Shown: in pieces, positions 41,197 through 51,433 of the stretch
How positions within the stretch are numbered: the stretch's first letter is position 1
How the letters are laid out: every line of letters starts with the position of its first letter
Source: Acidobacteriota bacterium
Lineage (GTDB): Bacteria > Acidobacteriota > UBA890 > WLXD01
NCBI GenBank assembly: GCA_965248695.1
Contig: CBDFKD010000002.1
Coordinates: forward strand, 1,344,001-1,408,000
Length of the DNA: 64,000 nucleotides
Reading direction: 5' to 3'
Program-made: the position numbers and the translations under genes
The notes under the pieces: generated by a model
Told to the model about the DNA's origin: nothing
What the model saw: only the letters and a program-made list of their open reading frames with translations
Databases searched by the model: none

Positions 41197-43824
41197 TCAA
41201 TCGGACGGCGCGTTCAACAGGGCATTGAACACCAACTTGAAGGTCCCGTGCGTCTGCGCCCGGTGCTGCGCCCGGAAGCCGATCAGGACCGCCCGACCCT
41301 CACCGTGCCCGACCGATACCATCGCCGCCTTGTCGGCAATGAGCTTTTCGCCCAGCAGCCAGCCGCTCTGGAGGATGTCACGATCGATGAAGGTCACGAT
41401 CCTCTCGACGCGGTGGTTCCGATTGCTGGGGACCACACGGTAGACCTCGTTGCCCTGCAGGAAGGTCGCCAGCGCCGCCTCCGGCATGCCGTACGCGAGC
41501 GCGTTCGTACGATCGACGTCGACGTGAAGTGTCGATCCCGGCGACCAGAATGCGCGCGGTGGCACATCGGCCACGACGTTACGGATCGGGAGATCGAGAG
41601 CGTCGATCGCCAGCTGACCGGACTGCGCGAAGGTAACCAGCGTCCCGCCGGCCTCCACGAACGCCGCGAGCGCGTCGACGCCGTCCTGGCCGAAGCCGCT
41701 GCGGTATTCAGGCGGCCAATCTTCGCGTCGGCCACGGAATCTTCCATCGCCGTCGCCGGTCATGACGTCCGGAGAGTCCGCCGACAGCACGATGACATCG
41801 TAGCTGTCGCTCAGGTTGCCGCCGGTAATGTCGGCATCCAACAGCGTGGTGTACGGGAAGCCGAACATCTCGAGCAACAAGCGCGTCCAGCCCTCGTCCA
41901 TGTTGCCGCCGTAGTAACGCTGATACATGCCGATGCGCTGACGCTCGAGCGCGTAGCTGGCAGCGGACGTGTCGACTTCCAGAGCAGCGAAATCCACGCC
42001 CGTCTGCTCGGCGATGTCGCCTACGGTGCCAGCGGCTGCATCCGTCGACACGACGAAGTCGCCGGCTCGCGCGCCGCCGTCCATGTCCTCGCTGACACGA
42101 CGTACGGCGATGCCGCTATCGAGCATCAGATTCAACGCCTTGAAGGCGTCATTGGCGCGGCCGTCGATGACGTAGCCGTGACTGCCTGGGACCGCCGTGC
42201 CTCGCAACTCGACGTCCGATGTGATCACCGACAATCCCGAGCCGATCGGGGAGTCGACCGGGTCCACGCGCACGCCCATGAACTCCGACATCGTGTCGGT
42301 GGACATGTCGTAGGGGCGAATTGGGTCGTCGTCGCGTGTCCGCGTATACGTGTTGTCGGGATAGAAGGTGCGACCCAGAAGCCAGCGGATCACACCACGC
42401 TTCGGCTGCGCCAACGAGATCACGTGGCTGCCGGCATCGTAGGCCCGGCCCTCGTGGGTGAACGCCCGCTCGGCACGATGAATCTCGATTCCCTGCACGC
42501 GGAGCTTGTTGATCATCCGCGCCGCGGTAAGCGGATCGTGCTGGCTGGCGGGGATCACGAATGCGGCCGGCTTGGCCTCGGCTCCGCGCTGCGTCTGGCG
42601 GCTTGCCTTCAGGTACGCGGTGCGCAGCACCGTCTCGCGATTTCGCGCCGCCAGATCAAGCGCCGCGAGCGCCGCGACCTTCTGCTGCTCGACGATGTCC
42701 CGCACCCGCCACCAGCCTCCGGGCCACGGGTTCGGGAAGGTCGTCTGAGCCTCGTACTCCGGTAGCCCGCGGGTGCCGCCGTTGAGCTGATCCGGGTGCA
42801 GGAACAAGGGCGTCGCCAACCGCGCGCTCGCCGACTCGGTGAGCATCCCGGCGATGTTGTGGAACGGGGTGATCCAGTGGAAGCCGAAGTGTCCCCAGCC
42901 GGAGTACACCGCGGCGTTGACCACCCCCGCGTGGCCGGCCTCCTCCTCCTTGTAGGCAATGTGACCGCCGTACCAGCTCATCTCGCGCCAAACCAGCGGA
43001 TCGCCGTCCGGCCGGATCGGCTCGGCGTACGGCGGCACGTAGAGCCGTGCTGCGTAGGCGCCCATCTGGTGATGATCGATGTACGCCTGCGGGATCCAGT
43101 CACGGAACATGATCTGGGCGCCGTAGACCGACTCCACGGTGTTGGTCTGGAAGGCGTCGCGGTTGTTGTCGTGGCCGATGTAGTGGTGGTACAGCTGCGG
43201 CGGGCCGACGCCCTCGTACTCGGTTCCGAGCGTCTCGTTGTACCAGTCGGTGACGATGATCTCGCCGTCCGGGTTGAAGCACGGGATCATGATCGCGATG
43301 GTGTTGTCGAGTATGCGCATGACCTCGTCGTCGGTGCGGGTGACGAGATCGTACATCAGCTCGGCGGCCATCTGGCTCGCGGCCACCTCGGTCGAGTGCA
43401 GCCCCATGGACTGCACAACCACCGCCTTACCGTCGGTGATCGCCTGCTCGATTGCCGACTCGGTAGCGCCGCGCGGATCGCTGAGCGTTGCGTTGAGTCG
43501 CTGTAGCTCGCCAAAGCGGGCGCGCTCGAGGTTTTCCGGCGCCGAGATGAACAGCACCAGGAACGGATTTCCCAGCGTCGTTGGTCCGATGTTCATCGCC
43601 AGCATGCGCGGGCTGGCGTTGGCCAGCTGTTCGTAATACGTCACCAGCTTGTCCCAGCGGGCCAGCTTGCGATCGGCGCCCATCTGGAACCCGAAGTAGT
43701 CCTCCGGGGACGGAATCGTCGACTGGGCGTTCGCCACCGGCGTGCTGGTGGAGGCAATCACGGCGACGAGAGACAGGGCGGTGATCGCCACCAAGGTGCG
43801 GGTCGGCCGGGGACGACGGTTCAT
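41197..43824 (-). CDS. Exported M14-family zinc carboxypeptidase
   Basis: LHSTE, NPDG, DNNRD and DHHQM motifs; C-terminal glutamine-amidotransferase-like domain. Confidence 0.88.
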   Translation of the reverse strand: MNRRPRPTRTLVAITALSLVAVIASTSTPVANAQSTIPSPEDYFGFQMGADRKLARWDKLVTYYEQLANASPRMLAMNIGPTTLGNPFLVLFISAPENLERARFGELQRLNATLSDPRGATESAIEQAITDGKAVVVQSMGLHSTEVAASQMAAELMYDLVTRTDDEVMRILDNTIAIMIPCFNPDGEIIVTDWYNETLGTEYEGVGPPQLYHHYIGHDNNRDAFQTNTVESVYGAQIMFRDWIPQAYIDHHQMGAYAARLYVPPYAEPIRPDGDPLVWREMSWYGGHIAYKEEEAGHAGVVNAAVYSGWGHFGFHWITPFHNIAGMLTESASARLATPLFLHPDQLNGGTRGLPEYEAQTTFPNPWPGGWWRVRDIVEQQKVAALAALDLAARNRETVLRTAYLKASRQTQRGAEAKPAAFVIPASQHDPLTAARMINKLRVQGIEIHRAERAFTHEGRAYDAGSHVISLAQPKRGVIRWLLGRTFYPDNTYTRTRDDDPIRPYDMSTDTMSEFMGVRVDPVDSPIGSGLSVITSDVELRGTAVPGSHGYVIDGRANDAFKALNLMLDSGIAVRRVSEDMDGGARAGDFVVSTDAAAGTVGDIAEQTGVDFAALEVDTSAASYALERQRIGMYQRYYGGNMDEGWTRLLLEMFGFPYTTLLDADITGGNLSDSYDVIVLSADSPDVMTGDGDGRFRGRREDWPPEYRSGFGQDGVDALAAFVEAGGTLVTFAQSGQLAIDALDLPIRNVVADVPPRAFWSPGSTLHVDVDRTNALAYGMPEAALATFLQGNEVYRVVPSNRNHRVERIVTFIDRDILQSGWLLGEKLIADKAAMVSVGHGEGRAVLIGFRAQHRAQTHGTFKLVFNALLNAPSD

Positions 43825-43990
43825 TGGCAGCTCCGGGGAGCGACGGTCTGGGTGCGTCGCTTGAGTCAGACGTCGGGTAGACGCGCGCCGCCGCGAGGTG
43901 CGGTGCGACGCGCCTGAGGATACCGAGATGATTGTGGCTGCGCCAACGGAACGGCTCGGCGCACTACGCGCCGGCGGTCCGAGTTGCAGA

Positions 43991-44494
43991 TCAGTCCTGC
44001 GAGACCTCTCCGCAGGCGTCGATCACGACCTTTGCCGACGGCGTTCCGGAGGCGCTACCCACTGCCTCGCAGGCGCGGATTACGTCTAAACCCTCGGACA
44101 CGTGACCGAACACGCAGTGCTTTCCGTCCAGCCACGCCGTGTCGGCGGTGCAGATGAAGAACTGCGAGCCGTTGGTGTTGGGACCGGCATTGGCCATCGA
44201 CAGGATCCCGGCACCGGTGTGCTTGAGGGTGAAGTTCTCGTCGGCGAACTTCTCGCCGTAGATCGACTTGCCGCCTGTACCGTTGTGGTTAGTGAAGTCG
44301 CCCGCCTGGCACATGAAGTTGGGGATGATGCGATGGAACCCCGAGCCGGCGTATCCGAACCCCTTCTCGCCGGTGCAAAGAGCGCGGAAGTTCTCGGAGG
44401 TCTTGGGGGTCTCGTCGCTCAGCTCCATGACCACGCGCCCCGCCGGCTCGCCGTCGATAGTGATGTCGAAGAATACTTCTGCGTATGTGCCCAT
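43991..44494 (-). CDS. Cyclophilin-type peptidyl-prolyl isomerase (CypA-like)
   Basis: [28 protein letters not shown] and [10 protein letters not shown] motifs. Confidence 0.95.
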   Translation of the reverse strand: MGTYAEVFFDITIDGEPAGRVVMELSDETPKTSENFRALCTGEKGFGYAGSGFHRIIPNFMCQAGDFTNHNGTGGKSIYGEKFADENFTLKHTGAGILSMANAGPNTNGSQFFICTADTAWLDGKHCVFGHVSEGLDVIRACEAVGSASGTPSAKVVIDACGEVSQD

Positions 44495-44592
44495 CAGAGG
44501 ATCGTTCTCCCAGGTTGTCGTGGTGGATTTGCGGTCGTGGATCAGCGGCGGGGTTCGGGCAACGACACCGTCGACCGCTGTAAGATCGCCCC

Positions 44593-46365
44593 ATGCGACG
44601 AACGGCCAGGATTGTAGCAATGGTGTCAGCGTCCGTAGTCCTGGCGCTCGCCGGCGTGTCGATGTCTGCGCCTCCCGACGATGCGTTGCGGGTGGAGATA
44701 CGCCTGCACCCGGAGACCGCACGGCAGATTGCTGCCCTGGGTCTGGAAACGCCAGTGACCGGGCGCGTGTTCTTCATCCTGTCGCGCGACACGACCTCCG
44801 AACCCCGACTGCAAGTGGGGGTCACGGGGGTGCCGTTGTGGGGCATGGACGTGCACGACTTCGGCGGCGGCGACGCCGTGGTATTGGATGCCAGCGGCGC
44901 TCATGCTTCCGGCGAGCGGTCAGGCGGCGGCGTCATCGGCTACCCGCTCGCGAGCTTCGACACCATCCCGCCGGGCGAGTATTTCGTTCAGCCGTTCCTC
45001 AGCGTATACACACGCTTTGAACGCGCCGACGGGCACGTCGTCGACATGCACCTCAACTCCGGCGCCGGACAGCAGGCTTTCCGCGCCCCGGGCAACGCGT
45101 ACGGCCAGCCGACGCGCCTGCGCATCGACCCGCAAGCCGGCGGTAGCATCGAGCTACAGCTCGACCACGTCATTCCGCCGATCGAGCCGCTGCGCGGCGG
45201 AGAGGTGCTGCAGCAGGGCAACCCTCGCGACCGTGATCAGGTGAAGTTCGTCAAGCTGCGCAGCGAGGTGCTCAGCGGGTTCTGGGGACAGGACATGTAC
45301 ATCGGCGCCAACGTGCTGTTGCCGTTGGGCTATGACCGCGATGCCGATATGGCCTACCCGACTCTCTACCTGCAGGGCGATTTTCCGGGGCGCGCCGCCC
45401 CCTTCGGTTACGGCGACGAAGCGCCCCGAGCCCGATCGGCAGATTTCACCGAGTTCTGGGAATCGGAGGAAGCGCCGCGCATGTTCGCCGTCAGCTTGCG
45501 CGACGCCAACCCCTACTACGACACGGCGTACTCGGTCGACTCCGCCAACGTCGGGCCGTACGGCACGGCGATTACCGAGGAGTTGATGCCGCACCTGGAG
45601 CGCGAGTTCAGGATGATCCCGGAGAGCTGGGCCCGAGTCACGGCCGGCGGCTCCACCGGCGGCTGGGAGGCTCTGGCAGCGCAGATCTTCTACCCCGAGA
45701 CCTTCGGTGGAACGTGGGGCTGGTGCCCCGATCCGGTGGACTTCAACTACTACCAGATCGTCGGTATCTACGAGGACGACAACGCCTACACGACGGGCAA
45801 CGAGTGGCACCGTGTCGAACGGCCGAACGCTCGCCGCCCCGACGGCAACATCACCTCGACCGTGCGCATGGAAAACAACATGGAAAGTGCGCGTGGGCCC
45901 AACAGCCGTTCCGGAGGTCAATGGGCAATCTGGGAAGCAGTGTTCGGCCCGGTCGGCGACAACGGATACCCGGCACCGATCTGGGATCCCGAGAGCGGCG
46001 CGATCGATCGCGAGGTGGCGGAGTATTGGCGTGAGAACTTCGACCTGCATCGCTACCTGCGACAGAACTGGTCGAGCGTCGGGCCAGCGCTACGCGGCAA
46101 GATCCACGTGGCCACCGGCGAGATGGACACCTACTACCTCGAGGAAGCCGTCTACCTGCTGCAGGACTACCTCGACCGAGTCGACAACCCGCCAGCCGAG
46201 GCGTCGTTTGAATACGGCCGCCGCAAGCCGCACTGCTGGATCGGCTACAGCCCCTCCGCATCGGGTGAGGACCTGACCAACTCGGAGTTCGTGCAGGTCG
46301 TGGCCGGTTATCTGGCCGAGCGCGCCCCGGCGGGCGCCGACGTCGGCTGGTTGGATACACGATGA
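44593..46365 (+). CDS. Exported alpha/beta-fold esterase
   Basis: Signal peptide, VLLP.GY..YPTLY, GGSTGG nucleophile; TAAGAT lies 6 nt upstream of the ATG. Confidence 0.82.
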   Translation: MRRTARIVAMVSASVVLALAGVSMSAPPDDALRVEIRLHPETARQIAALGLETPVTGRVFFILSRDTTSEPRLQVGVTGVPLWGMDVHDFGGGDAVVLDASGAHASGERSGGGVIGYPLASFDTIPPGEYFVQPFLSVYTRFERADGHVVDMHLNSGAGQQAFRAPGNAYGQPTRLRIDPQAGGSIELQLDHVIPPIEPLRGGEVLQQGNPRDRDQVKFVKLRSEVLSGFWGQDMYIGANVLLPLGYDRDADMAYPTLYLQGDFPGRAAPFGYGDEAPRARSADFTEFWESEEAPRMFAVSLRDANPYYDTAYSVDSANVGPYGTAITEELMPHLEREFRMIPESWARVTAGGSTGGWEALAAQIFYPETFGGTWGWCPDPVDFNYYQIVGIYEDDNAYTTGNEWHRVERPNARRPDGNITSTVRMENNMESARGPNSRSGGQWAIWEAVFGPVGDNGYPAPIWDPESGAIDREVAEYWRENFDLHRYLRQNWSSVGPALRGKIHVATGEMDTYYLEEAVYLLQDYLDRVDNPPAEASFEYGRRKPHCWIGYSPSASGEDLTNSEFVQVVAGYLAERAPAGADVGWLDTR

Positions 46366-46444
46366 GCCCGCCCGCCCGACTCCGGACGAGATGCGCCCGG
46401 TGGCATTCTCTTTCGGGCGGTGATCCGCACCTCGGACGCCCCCG

Positions 46445-47080
46445 ATGCTGAAGCTCTACAGTGCACAGATCTGCCCGTTCGCGCAGCGCACTCGCGCTCT
46501 GCTGGTTCACCTCGAGGTGCCGTTCGAGCTCCTGGAGATCGATCTGAGCGACCGTGAGCCCGAGTTCCTGGCGCTGAGTCCGACCGGTCGTGTGCCGATG
46601 CTAGTTGACGGCGATTTCACGCTCTACGAGTCGCAGGTGATCAACGAGTATCTGGCCGACGTCCACGGCTGGCAGGAGGCGTTTCCAGCCGATGCTCAGC
46701 TGCGCGCGCGCCATCGAGTGGCAATGAAGCAGTGGGACGAGATCGTGGTCGACGCGTTCTACGACTCGATGCGCGCCGGGGGAAGCATCGACACCGACCG
46801 ACGTGACCGCATCGGGCGCGAACTGGATGCGCTCGCCACCACGGTAGCCGCGAGCGGAGAGCAACCCGAGAGCCTGCTCGCCTTCCATTGCGCGCCGCAT
46901 TGGGCGCGCATGGATTGGCTGCGCCGGGTCACGAGCCTCGCGGAGCTGGTTGACGATCGCCCGCCACTACATGCCTGGCTGCACAGCACCGTCCAGGCAG
47001 AAGCGATCCGGGATACGCTTCCCGACCGCGAGGTCACCATTACCCGGTACGAGCGGCGATACGCGGCGTCGATCCCGTAG
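46445..47080 (+). CDS. Glutathione S-transferase family protein
   Basis: CPFAQR, P.GRVP.L and LYESQVINEYL motifs. Confidence 0.9.
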   Translation: MLKLYSAQICPFAQRTRALLVHLEVPFELLEIDLSDREPEFLALSPTGRVPMLVDGDFTLYESQVINEYLADVHGWQEAFPADAQLRARHRVAMKQWDEIVVDAFYDSMRAGGSIDTDRRDRIGRELDALATTVAASGEQPESLLAFHCAPHWARMDWLRRVTSLAELVDDRPPLHAWLHSTVQAEAIRDTLPDREVTITRYERRYAASIP

Positions 47081-47228
47081 TCCGGGCCCTAGGCAGCGCC
47101 GCTGCGGCCCGCTCGCGACCGGCCCGGCTCGCGCTTCGCACGCCCCCGCCAGGTTTGTGACTTCGCCGCTCCATGGGCATCATGAACCGGTCGAAACGTC
47201 CACCAAGGTAGTGAACACGAGGCCTCAT

Positions 47229-49058
47229 ATGGATCCCATCGTCGAGTGTGTCCCGAATTTCTCCGAGGGACGGGACGAGAACGTCATCCGGGAGATCACG
47301 TCCGCTATCGAGGGCGTCGCAGGCGTGCGGCTGATCGACGTAGATCCCGGGGCCGACACGAATCGTACCGTGGTGACGTTCGTCGGCGGGCCCGAGACCG
47401 TTGGCGAGGCCGCCTTCCAGGCGGTCCGACGGGCCGCCGAGCTCATCGACATGCGCCAACATTCCGGCGCTCACCCGCGTTTCGGCGCCACCGACGTGCT
47501 GCCGTTCGTGCCGGTTTCCGGAATCAGCATGGAGGAATGCGCCGCCATCGCGCGACAGGTCGGCGAGCGCATCGGAACCGAGCTCGGTATCCCCGTCTAC
47601 CTGTACGAGCACGCCGCCAGCCGACCGGAGCGCAGCAACCTCTCGCGCGTGCGCGCCGGTGAATACGAGGGTCTGGAAGAAAAGCTCGCCGACCCGGAGT
47701 GGGCGCCCGACTTCGGACCCGCCGAGCTCAATCCGGGCGCCGGCGCCACAGCCGTCGGAGCGCGCGAGTTTCTCGTCGCCTACAACGTCAACCTGAACAC
47801 CACCGACCGCCGCTACGCCAACGAGATCGCCTACACGCTACGTGAGCGCGGCCGCTGGAAGCGAACCGGCAACACGGCGCCTTTCTACTACAAGGGTCAG
47901 GTGGTGAAGTTCCCCGGCGATGGCACGTATCCGTGCGGCCCGTGCGATTTCGTTGGCGCCTCCTTCGAAGAGCTCGAAGCCCACTACCGCGCTGAGCACG
48001 GCGGCGACCTACGGCAACGCTACGAAGACCTCGGCATCGACCCGGACAGCCCCAGCGGCCCGGTGTACACCGATGGCCAGTTCACTCACGTCAAGGGCAT
48101 CGGCTGGGTGATCGACGAGTTCAAGCGCGCCCAGGTGAGCATGAACCTCACCAACACCAAGGAGGCGGCGCTGCACGACGTGCTGGAGGCGGCGCGCGAA
48201 GTCGCCCGCGAGGGCGGTATCGCGATCACCGGGTCCGAGATCGTGGGCGTCGTGCCGTTCGAGGTCATGCGTGACGCGGCGGTGTTTTATTTGCGCCGCA
48301 TGCGCAAATCCACCGGGCTACCGGTACCCGACCTGATGGAGACCGCGATCCAGTCGATGGGGCTGCGCGACGTGGCCCCGTTCGAGGCCGATGACAAGGT
48401 GCTGGCGATGCCGCGCATGGACGGGCCGCTGGTCAACCGCCCGACGTTCGATTTCGTCGACGAGGTCTCGCGAGACTCGCCGGCCCCGGGAGGCGGTTCG
48501 GTCGCCGCTCTGGCCGGCGCCATCGGCGGCGCCCTTGCCACCATGGTGGCCAACCTGAGCGCCGGCAAGGGCGAGTTCGATGACCGCTATGACGAGCTGT
48601 GCTCGATCGCCGAGCGCGGCCAGACCGTCAAGGACGCGCTGCTGCGTGGCGTCGACGCCGATACCAGCGCCTTCGACAAAGTACTCGACGCCATGCGCAT
48701 GCCGCGCGACACGGAAGCCCAACAGGCCGAGCGTGCCGTGGCGATGTTAGAGGGTTACAAGACCGCCACCCGCGTACCGCTGGCAACCGTGCAGCAGTGT
48801 CGCGATGCGCTTCGCCTGTGCCGCGACATGGCCGCGATGGCCGATCCGGAGATGATCAGCGACGCCGGCACCGGTGCCCTGATGGCCCAGGCTGGCGCGC
48901 AGGCTGCTGCCTACAACGTGCGCATCAACCTGCGGCACATCGACGATGCCGACTTTGGCGCCGAGATGCGGGGCGAGATCGAGAGCGCGCTCGGCGAGTG
49001 CGCCACGCTGGCGGCCGAGGTAAGCGCCGAAGTCGAGCGCGTCCTGGCGCAGGAATGA
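47229..49058 (+). CDS. ftcD: Bifunctional glutamate formiminotransferase/cyclodeaminase
   Basis: ECVPNFSEGR, HSGAHPRFGATD, GAREFLVAYN and AQVSMNL, then cyclodeaminase SPAPGGGS and YNVRINL. Confidence 0.93.
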   Translation: MDPIVECVPNFSEGRDENVIREITSAIEGVAGVRLIDVDPGADTNRTVVTFVGGPETVGEAAFQAVRRAAELIDMRQHSGAHPRFGATDVLPFVPVSGISMEECAAIARQVGERIGTELGIPVYLYEHAASRPERSNLSRVRAGEYEGLEEKLADPEWAPDFGPAELNPGAGATAVGAREFLVAYNVNLNTTDRRYANEIAYTLRERGRWKRTGNTAPFYYKGQVVKFPGDGTYPCGPCDFVGASFEELEAHYRAEHGGDLRQRYEDLGIDPDSPSGPVYTDGQFTHVKGIGWVIDEFKRAQVSMNLTNTKEAALHDVLEAAREVAREGGIAITGSEIVGVVPFEVMRDAAVFYLRRMRKSTGLPVPDLMETAIQSMGLRDVAPFEADDKVLAMPRMDGPLVNRPTFDFVDEVSRDSPAPGGGSVAALAGAIGGALATMVANLSAGKGEFDDRYDELCSIAERGQTVKDALLRGVDADTSAFDKVLDAMRMPRDTEAQQAERAVAMLEGYKTATRVPLATVQQCRDALRLCRDMAAMADPEMISDAGTGALMAQAGAQAAAYNVRINLRHIDDADFGAEMRGEIESALGECATLAAEVSAEVERVLAQE

Positions 49059-49208
49059 GCATCTAGCTGGCCCACGATCGCCGACTCGAGAGCGCCATCG
49101 GCGCCCGCGCCGAGTCGAGGTTTCCCGCTTAGCGCGCCAGCGCCAACGAGTGGTCGCCGGCGCCAGGCACCCTGGTCATCGCCGCCCCCGAGCACAGTCG
49201 CCAAGCAC

Positions 49209-49294
49209 AAAAACAAACCGCCCGGCGACTGCCCGGACGGGATGTTTACAGCGACAATCAGAAGATTGTACGACAAATCGATATCAAAAGTCAA
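49209..49294 (-). ncRNA. Predicted ~50-nt small RNA unit (promoter plus intrinsic terminator)
   Basis: TTGACT(49289-94)-18-TACAAT(49265-70), then an 8-bp GC hairpin (49218-49240) and TTTGTTTTT, with no ORF between. Confidence 0.5.
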
Positions 49295-49304
49295 GTCACT
49301 TCTA

Positions 49305-49336
49305 GGTAGTGTCCTAATTTGAATTAGGACACTACC
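49305..49336. repeat. Perfect 15-bp inverted repeat at the left end of the element
   Basis: GGTAGTGTCCTAATT-TG-AATTAGGACACTACC. Confidence 0.9.
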
Positions 49337-49573
49337 CGCTCTTTGGCCGCGAGTACGTCTCGGATCTCGCTTGCTCGCACCGCACCAGCGTATCGCTTTG
49401 CACTGGAATCGCACGTGAAACGAAATGAGATTGACCCTTAGCACCCCGGCCCCGTCGATACCGCTTTGCGGGGGATACTCGCGCCGCAGGCGTGGCCAGA
49501 TGGACTTTTATCGCTTTATCAGACGTTGCAAGTGTTGTAAAGTCTTGACAATGCCAACTGGGGGAGGTGTGTC

Positions 49574-49741
49574 ATGGCTCGATTCGGCGATTTCTTTGCT
49601 GAACTCAGGCGTAGACAAGCCGGGAAGAGTCTTAGGCAGTTCTGCCTCCATCACGACTTCGATCCCGGCAACATCAGCAAGATCGAGCGCGGCCGACTGT
49701 CGCCGCCTCGCTCACCGGAAAAGCTCGCGACCTACGCCTGA
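49574..49741 (+). pseudogene. XRE-family HTH regulator truncated by IS3 element B
   Basis: RBS GGAGGT; MARFGDFFAELRRRQAGKSLRQFC...GNISKIERG; the stop is the TGA of the IS end. Confidence 0.8.
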
Positions 49742-51010
49742 CCTGCCCCAAGTGTTTGGGCCACTTCGTAACTCATAGAATCGGTACTGGCAAGAGATTG
49801 TTGGAGCTGGCGAAGCGGAGCGTAGCCGGCTGCAACAACGTCGCTTCGGGTGCAGGCGGTCGATAGCCCAACGAGCTATGGGGCCGCACCTGGTTGTACT
49901 GGCGGCGCCAGCGGTGCACCAAGCACTGCGCCTCCTTGAGCGTGTAGAAGATCTCGCCGTTCAGCAGCTCGTCTCGGAGCTTGCCGTTGAAGCTCTCCAC
50001 ATAGCCGTTTTCCCATGGCGATCCGGGCTCAATGAACAGCGTCTTCACACCGATTCGCTCGAGCCATTCACGCACTGCCCGAGAAGTGAACTCCGGTCCG
50101 TTGTCGGAGCGGATGTGATCGGCAACACCCCGGTTCACGAACAGCTCAGCGAGTCGCTCCAGCACGTTCTCGGAGTTGAGCCTGCGTGCTACATCGATTG
50201 CCAAGCACTCTCTCGTGTACTCATCCACGATCGTCAGTAGACGAAACGCTCGCCCGTCGTGAGTTCGTTCGTGCACGAAGTCATAGGCCCAGACGTGATC
50301 TTTCCTCTCCGGCCGCAGCCGCACGCACGATCCATCATTGCGCCACCAGCGTCCGCGCTTGGGCTGCTTTTTCGGTACCTTCAGCCCCTCACGACGCCAT
50401 AACCGTTCGACCCTCTTGTGATTCACTCGCCACCCCTCACGTACCAACAGCGCCGTGATCCGCCGGTACCCATAGCGCCCGTACTGCGTCGCCAGCTGGG
50501 TCATCCGCTCCACCAGTGCCTTCTCCTCCTGCGGCACCTTGGGCCGATACTGCTGCGTCGAGCGCACCTGGCCCAGTACTCTGCAGGCTCGCCTCTCGGA
50601 CACACCCAACGACTGCTGTGCGTGGTGCACTGCCCGGCTCCGTCGTGCCGGGCTCAGAAGTTTCCCGACGAAACCTCTTTGAGGATGGCGTTGTCGAGCA
50701 TCGTCTCCGCCAGCAACTTCTTGAGCCGGCCGTTTTCCCGCTCCAGCTCCTTGAGTCGCCGTGCCTGATCCACCCTCAGTCCACCGTACTCCTTGCGCCA
50801 CCGGTAATACGTGTTCTCGCTGATTCCCAGCTTGCGGCATGCCTCCGGTGTCTTGGCCCCTTTCGCTAGCTCGATCTCTGCCTCCCTGAGCTTGGCGATG
50901 ATCTGCTCTACAGTGTACCGCTTCCGCGCCCATTCTTCCCCCTTCCCGAGCCATCCTGAGAGCCTCAAATCCTAACTCTCAGACTGGCCCGATTATTGGG
51001 GGGCAGGTCA
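49739..51010 (-). mobile_element. IS3-family element B (IS407-like)
   Basis: Ends TGACCTGCCCC...GGGGCAGGTCA; orfA ends at 50654, orfB at 49773; G-GGA-AAC at 50660-50666. The ATG at 50933 is one base out of frame with orfA. Confidence 0.93.
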
Positions 51011-51433
51011 ATCGGCAGACTTGCAATAGATACAAAGTTATATTGGGATCTCCTGCATGGCCAGAGGCAAGAAGTTACCTTCATCTCCGATACTCCGAGC
51101 ACTGCGGCGTGCGTGCGTGGACGAGAATCGCGCCGTTCGCTTCTTCGAGAAGCACCGCTGGGGTGCCGATCCGGGCTGCCCGCGTTGCGGTAGCACCGCC
51201 GTATACAAGATGAAAGACAGAGACGGTAGACGGAACAAGGACTACCGCTGGCGCTGCCGCGACTGCAAGCGGATGTACACGGTCAGGACGGGTACGGTCT
51301 TCGAGGAAACCCGTCTGCCGTTGCGGCACTGGGCCTTCGCCTTCTGGAAGGCATGTGCCTCCAAGAAAGGCGTCAGCGCCCTACAGATCAACCGCGAGTG
51401 CGAGATCAGCTACAAGTCTGCCTTGTTCTTGAT

